This document shows positions 22,084-31,228 of a stretch of DNA of 64,000 nt, piece after piece; position 1 is the stretch's first letter, and every line of letters begins with the position of its first letter. A program made the translations under genes and the position numbers. This DNA comes from a virus. The notes beneath the pieces are model-generated. The model was not told the DNA's origin. It ran no database searches and saw only the letters and a list, made by a program, of their open reading frames with translations. The stretch lies in the IMG/VR virus record IMGVR_UViG_3300029915_000005. One strand, 5' to 3'.

Positions 22084-22995
22084 ATGAAAGAAAATAATAC
22101 AAATCAATTTTATGTTTATCAATATATTAGAAAGAATGATTCTAAAAATGGATTAGCTGGAACTCCTTATTATATTGGTAAAGGAAAAAATAATAGAGCA
22201 TATCAAAGAGTGCATGGTAATAATGTTTCAGTTCCAACAGAACTATTCAGAATTCAAATAATTTCAGAAAATTTAACTGAAGAAGCAGCTTTTCAATTAG
22301 AAATTGAATTAATTAAAAAATATGGCAGGATAGATAAAAGAAATGGTTGTTTACAAAATAGAACATCTGGAGGAATGGGGTTTAAAGGAAAAATAAATTC
22401 ACCAAAATGTAGAAAGTTAATTTCAGAAAACAATTTAGGAACAATTGTAATAAGTAATGAAAAAACGAAAATATGCAAACGAATTAAACCAGAAAATTTA
22501 AAAATATATATGCAAAGAGGATTTAAACTTGGATATTTGAAAGAAAGTTCAGAAATTCGATCTAAAGCGTTAAAAGGAAAAAATATATGGACATCAAAAC
22601 AACTTTGGATTACTAATGGCTATATTGAAAAATTAATTAAATCAGAAAATAAAGAAGAATTTTTAAATAATAATTTTAAGTTGGGTAGATTGAAAAATTC
22701 AGAAGAAACTATTATTAAAAAATCAAATAATCAGAAAAATAAACGATGGGTTAGAAACGATAAAGAAGAAAAATTGGTTAATTTGGTTGAATATGAAACA
22801 TATTTATTGAATGGTTATATTAAAGGAAGATTTGCAATGAGAGAAGATACAAAGAAAAAGAAATCAATTATTACGCATACCAAACGATGGGTTAATGATG
22901 AAATTACAAATTTTTATATTAATGAATCATTAGTACCAGAATTCATTAATAAAGGATATAAATTAGGAATGATACATAAGGATAAAAATAAATGA
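22084..22995 (+). CDS. GIY-YIG homing endonuclease with repeated C-terminal DNA-binding modules
   Basis: FYVYQY...YYIGKG..RA...E..LI...N...GG; repeats of (K)RWV/ITNG...GF/YxxG. Confidence 0.8.
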   Translation: MKENNTNQFYVYQYIRKNDSKNGLAGTPYYIGKGKNNRAYQRVHGNNVSVPTELFRIQIISENLTEEAAFQLEIELIKKYGRIDKRNGCLQNRTSGGMGFKGKINSPKCRKLISENNLGTIVISNEKTKICKRIKPENLKIYMQRGFKLGYLKESSEIRSKALKGKNIWTSKQLWITNGYIEKLIKSENKEEFLNNNFKLGRLKNSEETIIKKSNNQKNKRWVRNDKEEKLVNLVEYETYLLNGYIKGRFAMREDTKKKKSIITHTKRWVNDEITNFYINESLVPEFINKGYKLGMIHKDKNK

Positions 22996-23879
22996 ATATA
23001 ACTCAAGAACAAATAGAGTTCTTACGCAAAGAACACATTCAATTTGCTATTCCATGTTTTGCGGGACTTGTTCATGAAGTAGTAATGACAAGTTTGATTA
23101 AGTTTGTAATTTATGCTCAAAGAATTGGTTTGCCGTTTAGTATTGACACAATGACAAACGAATCATTAATTACACGAGCTAGAAATCATTTGGTTGCAAA
23201 ATTTTTGGAAAATTCCGCAGCAACGAGGCTCATGTTTATTGACAGCGATATTGGGTTTGAACCAGAACATATTTTTAAATTAATATTACATGATAAAGAT
23301 TTAGTTGGAGGACTTTACCCAAAGAAAACTCTCCCCCCAGATTTTGTAGTTAACTGTAATCCAGAATGTGTGGATGAAAATGGACAAATAAAAGTGGCTG
23401 ATGGTATGATACCAGTTAGTAGATTAGGAACAGGATTCATGTTAATTAAACGAGAAGTTTTTAATAAGATGATGGTTGCATATCCACAAACAAAATTTAC
23501 CAACAATATTGGTCTTGATCCAAAGTATAACAAATATTGTTATGCTCTGTTTGATTGTGCTATTAGCCCTGATACTATGGAATATCTATCAGAGGATTGG
23601 CTTTTTTCGGCTAGGTATAGAGCAATTGGTGGTGAAATTTTTGCTGATCCAACAATTAGATTAAATCACTGTGGAACATTTACATTTCCTGGTGATCCAA
23701 CTGCTCTTTATAATTCAATGGGACTTTCAATAGAAACAAATCCACAGTTAAACCCAAAAATAGCAGTTAGGCCTGACGAAACAAAACACAAAGATTCTAT
23801 GTTAGCCATTAAACCAAATATGGAAGCATTAACTGAATATGAGGCTAAAAAGAAAGAAATTAATATTGAAATTAAATAA
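22992..23879 (+). CDS. GT-A fold glycosyltransferase-like protein
   Basis: NESLITRARN, LMFIDSD, GGLYPKK, GTGFMLIKR, YLSEDW, HCG. Confidence 0.7.
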   Translation: MNITQEQIEFLRKEHIQFAIPCFAGLVHEVVMTSLIKFVIYAQRIGLPFSIDTMTNESLITRARNHLVAKFLENSAATRLMFIDSDIGFEPEHIFKLILHDKDLVGGLYPKKTLPPDFVVNCNPECVDENGQIKVADGMIPVSRLGTGFMLIKREVFNKMMVAYPQTKFTNNIGLDPKYNKYCYALFDCAISPDTMEYLSEDWLFSARYRAIGGEIFADPTIRLNHCGTFTFPGDPTALYNSMGLSIETNPQLNPKIAVRPDETKHKDSMLAIKPNMEALTEYEAKKKEINIEIK

Positions 23880-23902
23880 TTGTATTATGAGATACATAAC
23901 TT

Positions 23903-24118
23903 ATGAATATTTGCGCTGTCAGTAATAAAATTCCATTTACTTATCTTGTAACTCAAAAATCAACAGGAAAAAGATATTATGAATCAAAATATGGAAAAAA
24001 TTGTCATCCATCTGATATTGGAACAAAATATTTTACTTCGAGTAAAGAAATTAAAAAATTTAATATTTCTCCCAAAACTGTTAGAAATATAGTTAAAATA
24101 AAAACTTGGAAATATTGA
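23903..24118 (+). pseudogene. Internally deleted GIY-YIG endonuclease remnant
   Basis: PFTYLV...KRYYES...CHPSD...YFTSSK N-terminal part joined directly to an HTH-like tail (FNISPKTVRNIVKIKTWK); only 71 aa. Confidence 0.55.
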
Positions 24119-24129
24119 TAAATATCAAT

Positions 24130-24654
24130 ATGAGACTATATGAAATTAAAGAAGATCAAAAAATATACATTGATTTGGATGGAGTGCTTGTAGATTGTGT
24201 AAAAGCTGCCTCTGATTTCAATAATATTGATGTTCAAGATTTTATAGATTCTGGATATCATAATAAGTATTGGAAAAATTTTGTGGATCATGCAGATATT
24301 AAAAAAGAATTTACTAATATGGCTTGGGAAAGCAATGGTAAAAAAATATATCATTGGTTTACTCAGAGAGACATTCCAGTTACCATCTTAACTAGACCAG
24401 TTGGAGAACCACATACTAATGATTGTATTGCAGGTAAAAAATTATGGTTGAAAAAACATAATTTGGATATTCCTGTTATTTTTGAGAGAGATAAAGAAAA
24501 ATATGCTGGTGATGGTAATATTCTTATAGATGATGATAGTAGAAATATTGATGCGTGGAATAAAGCTGGTGGGGTGGGAATTCTCTATAAAAATGACAAA
24601 TATGAAGATGTAATTAAGAAATTGAATAAATTATTACAAAGCCACCCAATTTGA
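24130..24654 (+). CDS. 5'(3')-deoxyribonucleotidase-like HAD hydrolase (leader MRLYEI)
   Basis: IYIDLDGVLVD, ILT, GKKLWL, ILIDD...W..AGG; start set at the ATG 5 nt after TAAATA. Confidence 0.75.
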   Translation: MRLYEIKEDQKIYIDLDGVLVDCVKAASDFNNIDVQDFIDSGYHNKYWKNFVDHADIKKEFTNMAWESNGKKIYHWFTQRDIPVTILTRPVGEPHTNDCIAGKKLWLKKHNLDIPVIFERDKEKYAGDGNILIDDDSRNIDAWNKAGGVGILYKNDKYEDVIKKLNKLLQSHPI

Positions 24655-24669
24655 GTGGTTTTTCTTTTT
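24638..24669 (+). terminator. Putative rho-independent terminator
   Basis: aaagccacccaatttgagtggttttt hairpin plus T run. Confidence 0.5.
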
Positions 24670-24691
24670 GAATTAAATTATAAATATAAGT

Positions 24692-25210
24692 ATGAAGATT
24701 AATGAAGTCATTATCGATAATGAAAATGGATTAGGAGGAGTTTCATATAATCAAGAAATTGATTATCTTGGTCTTAGAGTGCTAATGTATCCATCCACAT
24801 TTTTAAGCCTAGCATATTATAGAAGTCGAAACGATTTAGGAAATGTTGACTATATAAAAAATTATATTAAAAATGGTGGGACTATTGGCGCTCCATTCCT
24901 TCAAATAAGTATTCCTAATAGATGGGAGAATGATGATTATTCTATTCCATCCATAGTTATTGGTCATGAAGGAAGAAATAGAATGATGGCACTCGATGAA
25001 CTTCAAGATGAAGGATTAGAACCTGATGTGCCAGTTGAAACTCATTTATTGTTTTATAAATATAGAGCCAGGCATTTAAAACCAGAATGGATAATACAAT
25101 TAAATAAACAACTTTATAATCAAAATACAGAATATGAATATCATTCTGGAGAAGTGGCTTATACAGATAGCCCTATAACCAAAGGGCCATTGTTTAAGGT
25201 TGTAAATTAG
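24692..25210 (+). CDS. ParB/Srx-like domain protein (leader MKINEV)
   Basis: APFLQI...VIGHEGRNRMMAL resembles the ParB/Srx (D/E)GxxR motif; TAAATA 5 nt upstream. Confidence 0.45.
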   Translation: MKINEVIIDNENGLGGVSYNQEIDYLGLRVLMYPSTFLSLAYYRSRNDLGNVDYIKNYIKNGGTIGAPFLQISIPNRWENDDYSIPSIVIGHEGRNRMMALDELQDEGLEPDVPVETHLLFYKYRARHLKPEWIIQLNKQLYNQNTEYEYHSGEVAYTDSPITKGPLFKVVN

Positions 25211-26100
25211 ATATAAAAGATTTTACTAAATTATCAATATTTTCTTTATTCCAATATGGAATTATTAATAATGGAATATTATTAATATTACAATAATTAT
25301 ATTTTATATAATCATTTTTCTTAGTAGATTCAAAATATTTTTGAAAAATAGGTTCATAATGTTGTTTTCCTTGGTATTCAATTAATCCTATAATTTTATT
25401 ATTTTTAATAATCCCTATATCAAAAGGTAATGGATATTTATTTTTGCATAATGTAATTCTTATTTGTTCATCAAATTCTATTGGTAATGATTCCAACGTT
25501 TTTATAATTTTTAATTCTCCAGAACTTCTTTTACATTTTGGACATTTTCTTCCCATTAAGTGTTTATTTGGGCTTTGCCAAAAAGAGCCATGCTTCTTAC
25601 ATATTATTTCAACTTTTTGGCGTGAAGTTAAATAATTTACATTATCATAAATAAATTCATTTTTGTGTATGATAATAGCTTTTGTTATAAATTCTTTTGT
25701 ATTGCTTGTTTTTGTTTTAGAAATACTGTTAAATCCACATTGTGGACAACCAATTTTTTGTAAATGCACGCCGGGGGCTTGTTTAAAAATTCCATGTTCC
25801 TTACATTTTATATCCATTTTCTTTTTGGCGTTGTAATAAGTTTTAGAAATATAAGAATATTTAAAATTATGAATAATATTTGCAGAGTTAACAAATTCTG
25901 TAAATGTTCTATTAAATCCACAGCATTTTGGGCAACCATTTCCTGATAAATGTGCATGAGAAGATTGCAAAAATTCTCCATGAATTGGGCAAATAATTAT
26001 TAATTTGTTTTTTGCATTAATGTATATAGATTTACTATAATTATATTTAAAATTATGAATTTGATTTTGATATAAAATATGCAGTAGTATAAATAGTCAT
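25194..26100 (-). pseudogene. Zn-repeat (CxxHG...CxxC) + Vsr/PD-(D/E)XK-type endonuclease, frameshifted near its 5' end
   Basis: GGAGG RBS and ATG at 26100 (MTIYTTAYFISKSNS*); the homologous frame resumes at about 26060 (IHNFKYNYSKSIY...CPIHGEFLQ) and runs into the track ORF 25194..25970; C-terminal LPFD...IEYQGKQHY. Confidence 0.7.
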
Positions 26101-26170
26101 AGCTGAATGACCTCCAGTGGTCTTTAGAGCGAGTAGATGTCGAAATCATCGTGACTCGCATTTGTATTTA
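26088..26170 (+). ncRNA. Two-hairpin structured element, copy 1 (candidate antisense sRNA)
   Basis: TATAAATA, CTGAATGACC-loop-GGTCTTTAG, GCGAGT-A-GATG-loop-CATC-GTG-ACTCGC, opposing TATTTA; same layout at 46540 and 59093. Confidence 0.6.
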
Positions 26171-26193
26171 TATGAAAAAGAATAAATATAAGT

Positions 26194-29100
26194 ATGAGAT
26201 TACAAAATTTGTTTGAAGAAAAAATAAAACAAACAACTGCAACAATTTTTAGCGGTGGGTTTCACCCATTCCTTCCACAACATTTATATTGCTGGGAATA
26301 TTTGATTTCAAAATTTCCAAATGCACATCATTATATAGCTTCCACTAATAATATAAGTGAGCGACCATTTTCATTTAAGCAAAAACAATTTTTAGCAGTG
26401 CAAGCTGGCATACCTAAAAATGGATTTGTACAAGTAACAAGTCCTTATAAAGCATTGGAGATAACTAGTAAATATGATTCAAACAATACTATTGTTATAT
26501 TTGGTTTAAGTGAAAAAGATGCAGAAAGACTCGGACCAACGATAAAGAAAGATGGGACCCTGTCATTTTTACTACCATATCCTGGGCCTTCTACTCCACT
26601 AGAAACTTTGAATAAACATGCATATTATGTAATTATTCCTGTCCATAAGTATAGAGTTTTGGGACAAGAGATAACCTCTGCTTCTCAAATAAGAAAGATG
26701 TATACTTCTTCTAATGAAAGCGATAGATATACTATTATTCGAGAATTATATCCAAATTCTATGAAAGTTGGAGAGATTAAAAAAATATTTGATCAAGTTT
26801 TGCTTGCTCCAATAAATGAAGATATATATGACGTGATTTATAGACCAAAAAACGTTTATAATATAGAAGCGAATGAATATCCAGAATTTATGTTAGATGG
26901 GGATGTTCAACGTATGATATATGATTTGCACCAACAGGAAGAGATTGATGCTGGCTCTGATATTTGGGATAGAATGGATAGTGTCTGGTATAAGTTACAA
27001 AATGTTTCTATAAAAAAATTAGATAACATAAATGATTTAGATGAAGATGATGACCAATATTCTGATGAAATAACTCCTTTTCCTCCAATAGTATTAACAA
27101 AAAGAGGGGAAATATTAGATGGATTTCATAGGACTATTTCTGCTAAAATTCGTGGTGATAAAACAATTAGAGCATATGTTCCTTGCAAAAAACCAATTAA
27201 TGAATCTAAAGCTGGATTAGAATATAAATTAAAACTTGGAAACAAAAAATCTGTAATAGATTCAAGTGGCTGGCTATTTCCAGATAAAACTTTTGTTCCA
27301 CTTGTTCCAGGAACAACTCACGAAACAATGGCTACAAGATTGGGATATAATGGTTATGAAGGAATATATAAAATTGGATGTGTAAGAGTTTCCCGTCCAA
27401 TTTATGCTCCGGGTAAAATTTATATAGAAACAATACAAAAATTGAGTGATAGTACTTATAAGCTAATTATGAATATTATTCATAGAATAAAAGTGGATGT
27501 TAAAATAGATGTTACTGTTGGATCAGGTAATGGATATTTTCAACATTATAAATGGGATTTCAAAGATAGACAATTGCATAAAACAAATTTTTATGAGTCA
27601 GTTATAAATGAAGAACCTGATTTTAATTATACAAAATTTAATAATAGAGATGAAGAGCTTTCAAGATTAAAATTTGATTATTCAGTAATACCCAGTAATA
27701 ATGACGGAATTGGTGGATTTTGGATAATTGTAAATAACTCCTCTGGTGTTAGTGTGGCAGATATTGATTTGGTGGAAGTTAATTCAAAAACATTAGTAAT
27801 TTCTTTTATTAGAATTAATTTAAAATGGAAAGGTACTGGACTTGGGCAAATTCTGTATGACAAAGCGATTAAAAAAGCCAAACAATTAGGATATAAATAT
27901 TTTCGATCAGATACTGATAGATCAGCGGCTGCTGAAAAAGCGTGGAAAAGATTGGCAGCAAGATATACAGTTAAGTACAAAGAAGGCAAAGAATTTAATA
28001 AAGGGTATTATGAAATTGATCTAAGTAAAGTTCAATTAAAAGAATCATTTGATTATTCCTATAGAGCTAAATTATTTCAACTTAGACCACAAATGATTAA
28101 AGCTGCACAAAAAATATATGATAAATGGGAAGGAGGAGAAGTTGGTTTGTGTGATAGTATTGCAGAGTCAATTTCTGATTGTGTATTAAAAAATATAAAG
28201 AATATTGATTCATACGTGGTTGGCCATAAAAATCCAAAATTGCATGAACTTCATTTTTGGGTAAGAGTAGATTTTAATAATGGAGAAAAATATTATGATA
28301 TTGACTTACCATTTGGAAAATATGAAAGATATGATAATAAAAAACATTATTTTGTAAAAATACCAAATGTAAAATTTCAATTAAATGATTTATTAATATA
28401 TCAATCATCTTTAAATTATAATAAAGCTCCTTGGGAAATAAGAAATAGTTATACTCCACATAAATCAGATAGTTATTTTATCAGCGAATCTATTGCACAA
28501 GAAGTTATAAAAGTTGGTAAAAGCAATGATGAAATTATAAAATTAATCAAAGAAGCTACAAAATATAAATTATATGTTCCTACATTTACAGCGCAAAAAG
28601 AATTTGGTTGGATATTACAAACAGGAAATAAAGGTAAAATAAGTAAAATGGCTATGATGTATGTTAACAACATGCCTGTCGCTTGGATCATTTATTGGAA
28701 ACATGGAAGTTTTATGTCTGACTCTAATCCAAGAACAGAAAATGACAAATATTGGAGATTTACTAAAAAAGAATTTAGAAATATAGGTTATTATCATAAA
28801 TTAAAAAAAGCTTTATGGAATATAATTAATGAGGCACCAGATTTTGGCTACAAAAGTTTTAATGATAGAGATGAAGATATAAGCAAATTAAAGTGGGAAA
28901 TTGATAAAAGACCATTTAAAGATTGGAATAGTGATGAGGAACACCTAGGAATAATAATTAGGGCAAGAAATCCAGAAACTAATGAAGTAGAAGGTTTTAT
29001 AACTTCTAATGAGATAACCAAGAAAACATTAAAAATTTCAAGAAGTCAATTAACATCTAATCATAATTGGCAATCGACTGGTCTTGGACAAATGTTATAT

Positions 29101-29211
29101 GATAAACTTATTAACGTTGCAAAAGAATTAGGTTTTGATTATGTAGACAGTGATTATATTTTATCTGTGGATGCTAGAAAAGCTCTGAAAGATATCCAGT
29201 GCAAAAATTAA
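26194..29211 (+). CDS. Polyprotein 1: HIGH-type nucleotidyltransferase-like, ParB/Srx-like, unknown, GNAT, papain/transglutaminase-like, GNAT-like, GNAT
   Basis: FSGGFHPFLPQH...SASQIR; PPIVL...LDGFHR; WKGTGLGQILY; GLCD...HFWV...YDID; FRNIG; WQSTGLGQMLY; domains separated by INE/LKE/ISE; TAAATA 5 nt upstream. Confidence 0.65.
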   Translation: MRLQNLFEEKIKQTTATIFSGGFHPFLPQHLYCWEYLISKFPNAHHYIASTNNISERPFSFKQKQFLAVQAGIPKNGFVQVTSPYKALEITSKYDSNNTIVIFGLSEKDAERLGPTIKKDGTLSFLLPYPGPSTPLETLNKHAYYVIIPVHKYRVLGQEITSASQIRKMYTSSNESDRYTIIRELYPNSMKVGEIKKIFDQVLLAPINEDIYDVIYRPKNVYNIEANEYPEFMLDGDVQRMIYDLHQQEEIDAGSDIWDRMDSVWYKLQNVSIKKLDNINDLDEDDDQYSDEITPFPPIVLTKRGEILDGFHRTISAKIRGDKTIRAYVPCKKPINESKAGLEYKLKLGNKKSVIDSSGWLFPDKTFVPLVPGTTHETMATRLGYNGYEGIYKIGCVRVSRPIYAPGKIYIETIQKLSDSTYKLIMNIIHRIKVDVKIDVTVGSGNGYFQHYKWDFKDRQLHKTNFYESVINEEPDFNYTKFNNRDEELSRLKFDYSVIPSNNDGIGGFWIIVNNSSGVSVADIDLVEVNSKTLVISFIRINLKWKGTGLGQILYDKAIKKAKQLGYKYFRSDTDRSAAAEKAWKRLAARYTVKYKEGKEFNKGYYEIDLSKVQLKESFDYSYRAKLFQLRPQMIKAAQKIYDKWEGGEVGLCDSIAESISDCVLKNIKNIDSYVVGHKNPKLHELHFWVRVDFNNGEKYYDIDLPFGKYERYDNKKHYFVKIPNVKFQLNDLLIYQSSLNYNKAPWEIRNSYTPHKSDSYFISESIAQEVIKVGKSNDEIIKLIKEATKYKLYVPTFTAQKEFGWILQTGNKGKISKMAMMYVNNMPVAWIIYWKHGSFMSDSNPRTENDKYWRFTKKEFRNIGYYHKLKKALWNIINEAPDFGYKSFNDRDEDISKLKWEIDKRPFKDWNSDEEHLGIIIRARNPETNEVEGFITSNEITKKTLKISRSQLTSNHNWQSTGLGQMLYDKLINVAKELGFDYVDSDYILSVDARKALKDIQCKN

Positions 29212-29254
29212 AGCATGATGGAGAAAATTATTTAAGTATTGAATTGAGTAAAAT

Positions 29255-29524
29255 ATGAGAATAAGCGAAGTTAACAATTCGACGTTAGATATAACTAAAT
29301 TGAAGTGGAAAGGAGAACTTCAAAAGAAATCGTATCAATTGAGAGTTAGCGGAGAAGGATATGGCGAAGTTGGTATGTTTTTAACAACCAATAATAAAAA
29401 TGATTGGAAAATTTTTTATGTATTTGTAGATAATGATTGGAAGAATACAAATTTGAAACATATGATGTATGTAAAAATGAAAGAAATTGCTAAAAAATAC
29501 GGAGCAAAATTACATGCTGCTTAA
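29255..29524 (+). CDS. Short GNAT-like protein (leader MRISEV)
   Basis: DITKLKW...VFVDNDWKNTNL...MY...AKKYG matches the GNAT domains of the upstream polyprotein. Confidence 0.45.
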   Translation: MRISEVNNSTLDITKLKWKGELQKKSYQLRVSGEGYGEVGMFLTTNNKNDWKIFYVFVDNDWKNTNLKHMMYVKMKEIAKKYGAKLHAA

Positions 29525-30191
29525 TGAATTTGACAAATCGAAAGGTTTTTCAGCTTATGTAAAAGAAGATGAGACTAAAATTTTAATATTCTTAAATAAG
29601 CATTGCAGTGAAATTATGTCTTTGTATAGAGAATATGGAAAAGTATTGTATCGCGGCATCACACGATATTTTGGCAGTAATATATATAATTTCAAAGATG
29701 GAGATGTATTTTTCGGAAAATCCCCATCTGATAGACACCCAATAGATATACCATCTTCAGTACAGAAGCAAATAGATAGTAAATTACAAAAAAGTGGGTT
29801 TGAAGCATTAAGATCAAACAGCATTTTTTGTTGTTCTTCTAAACTATCAGCGCAAAAATATGGTGACCTACATATTATATTTCCATTGGATGGATTTTCA
29901 TATACATGGTGTAATACTGCTATTGATTTATATGACGAATATGTAAGAGCTTTGACTCCCACTCCTTGGGGTGAGACACCATCACAAGAAGATATTAATA
30001 AAGCAGAAATATTTAAAGAAAATTTATATAAGCTTTCTTCAACTGATTTTATTAGAGATTATGGTTTCAAGAATACAGATTTAACTCATGCAATTATTAG
30101 AAATAATGAAATTTTAATTCATGGTGACTATATCGCAATGAGCGAGAAATTAGGAAATAAAATAATATTTAGTAATAGGAGAAGTATATAA
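29514..30191 (+). CDS. ADP-ribosyltransferase-like paralogue 2 (leader MLLNEF)
   Basis: GGAG RBS at 29501; LYRG...LRSNSIFCCSS...AQKYG...NEILIHG. Confidence 0.5.
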   Translation: MLLNEFDKSKGFSAYVKEDETKILIFLNKHCSEIMSLYREYGKVLYRGITRYFGSNIYNFKDGDVFFGKSPSDRHPIDIPSSVQKQIDSKLQKSGFEALRSNSIFCCSSKLSAQKYGDLHIIFPLDGFSYTWCNTAIDLYDEYVRALTPTPWGETPSQEDINKAEIFKENLYKLSSTDFIRDYGFKNTDLTHAIIRNNEILIHGDYIAMSEKLGNKIIFSNRRSI

Positions 30192-30628
30192 TGAATAACT
30201 TAGAAATGAGTCTGAAAGTGGCGACTGCAACTGTTTTTCATTTAGGAATTAAATTTCATATTGGGCATTTTAATATAACTGGTCCAAGATTTTTCGAGTT
30301 ACATTTATTGCTTGAAAAAATATATCAAAATCTTGAAAGTAATTTTGACAGTATTGGTGAGCAACTTAGAGCATTGGATATATTTGTTCCATCGTCCGTA
30401 AATGAATTACTTAGTTTATCAGTTATAGAAGATTTTCAAGAAGTATTGCCAGCAAATGAAATGATTCATGAATTATTGATTGACAATGATAAATTATTGG
30501 AAATGCTAACTGAAGTTGATAAATTGGCAGTAAATCATATTGGTCTTCAAAATTATATTGAAGGATTAGCAGATCAACAAGAAAAGTTTGGTTGGTTTTT
30601 AAGAGCAACATTACAAGCAGTAAAATAA
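30191..30628 (+). CDS. dps: Dps-like ferritin family protein
   Basis: HFNITGPRFFELHLLLEKIY...DSIGEQLRAL...EKFGWFL Dps signature. Confidence 0.85.
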   Translation: MNNLEMSLKVATATVFHLGIKFHIGHFNITGPRFFELHLLLEKIYQNLESNFDSIGEQLRALDIFVPSSVNELLSLSVIEDFQEVLPANEMIHELLIDNDKLLEMLTEVDKLAVNHIGLQNYIEGLADQQEKFGWFLRATLQAVK

Positions 30629-31228
30629 ATGAAAATATGTGAACTACATATCGATGCTTCTGCTTTTGAACAGCAAGGATTAATTCTTAAAAAAGCTTTG
30701 GAAGAAGTGTCAGTATTATGCTCAGAATTTTTAAAATTTTATGAAGAAGCTGGACCAATGTATCATGGATTTCAATCAGCACCAAGTAATATTTTTGTAG
30801 GGGAACCACATACAGATAGAAAACCATTATCGCTTACTTATAAAGAACAATATGAGATAGATAAAAAATTATCATTGGCAGGATTTCATCAATTGCGTGG
30901 CAATAGTTTGTTCTGTATAGGAAATATTACAACAGCATCTGAGTATGGTGCAGTTTATCAAATTTTTCCAAAGAATGGTTTTAGATATACTTGGAGTGAT
31001 TTTTGCGATTTAGTTACAGATATAAGATATACAGAAATGATGTATGATCTTCATTCTTTAAGTCCCAATGATTTTGCTGATAAGTATGAATTTAGGGAAA
31101 ATATGGGATTATCATTGGCTTTACAACAAGGAAAAGAAATATATCTTGGTGGAGAATTTATTGCAATATCAGAATTAATGGTAACTAGACATTCAAATAC
31201 ATATTTACAGTGGACAAAAACTTTATGA
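30629..31228 (+). CDS. ADP-ribosyltransferase-like paralogue 3 (leader MKICEL)
   Basis: MYHG...LRGNSLFC...ASEYGAVYQIFP...KEIYLGG. Confidence 0.5.
   Translation: MKICELHIDASAFEQQGLILKKALEEVSVLCSEFLKFYEEAGPMYHGFQSAPSNIFVGEPHTDRKPLSLTYKEQYEIDKKLSLAGFHQLRGNSLFCIGNITTASEYGAVYQIFPKNGFRYTWSDFCDLVTDIRYTEMMYDLHSLSPNDFADKYEFRENMGLSLALQQGKEIYLGGEFIAISELMVTRHSNTYLQWTKTL

Noticed and set aside
26101-26160. Hammerhead ribozyme or riboswitch for the hairpin element
   Set aside because: CTGA-like starts are base-paired, copy 3 has CTGG, there is no GAAA core or three-way junction, and I recognise no riboswitch consensus.
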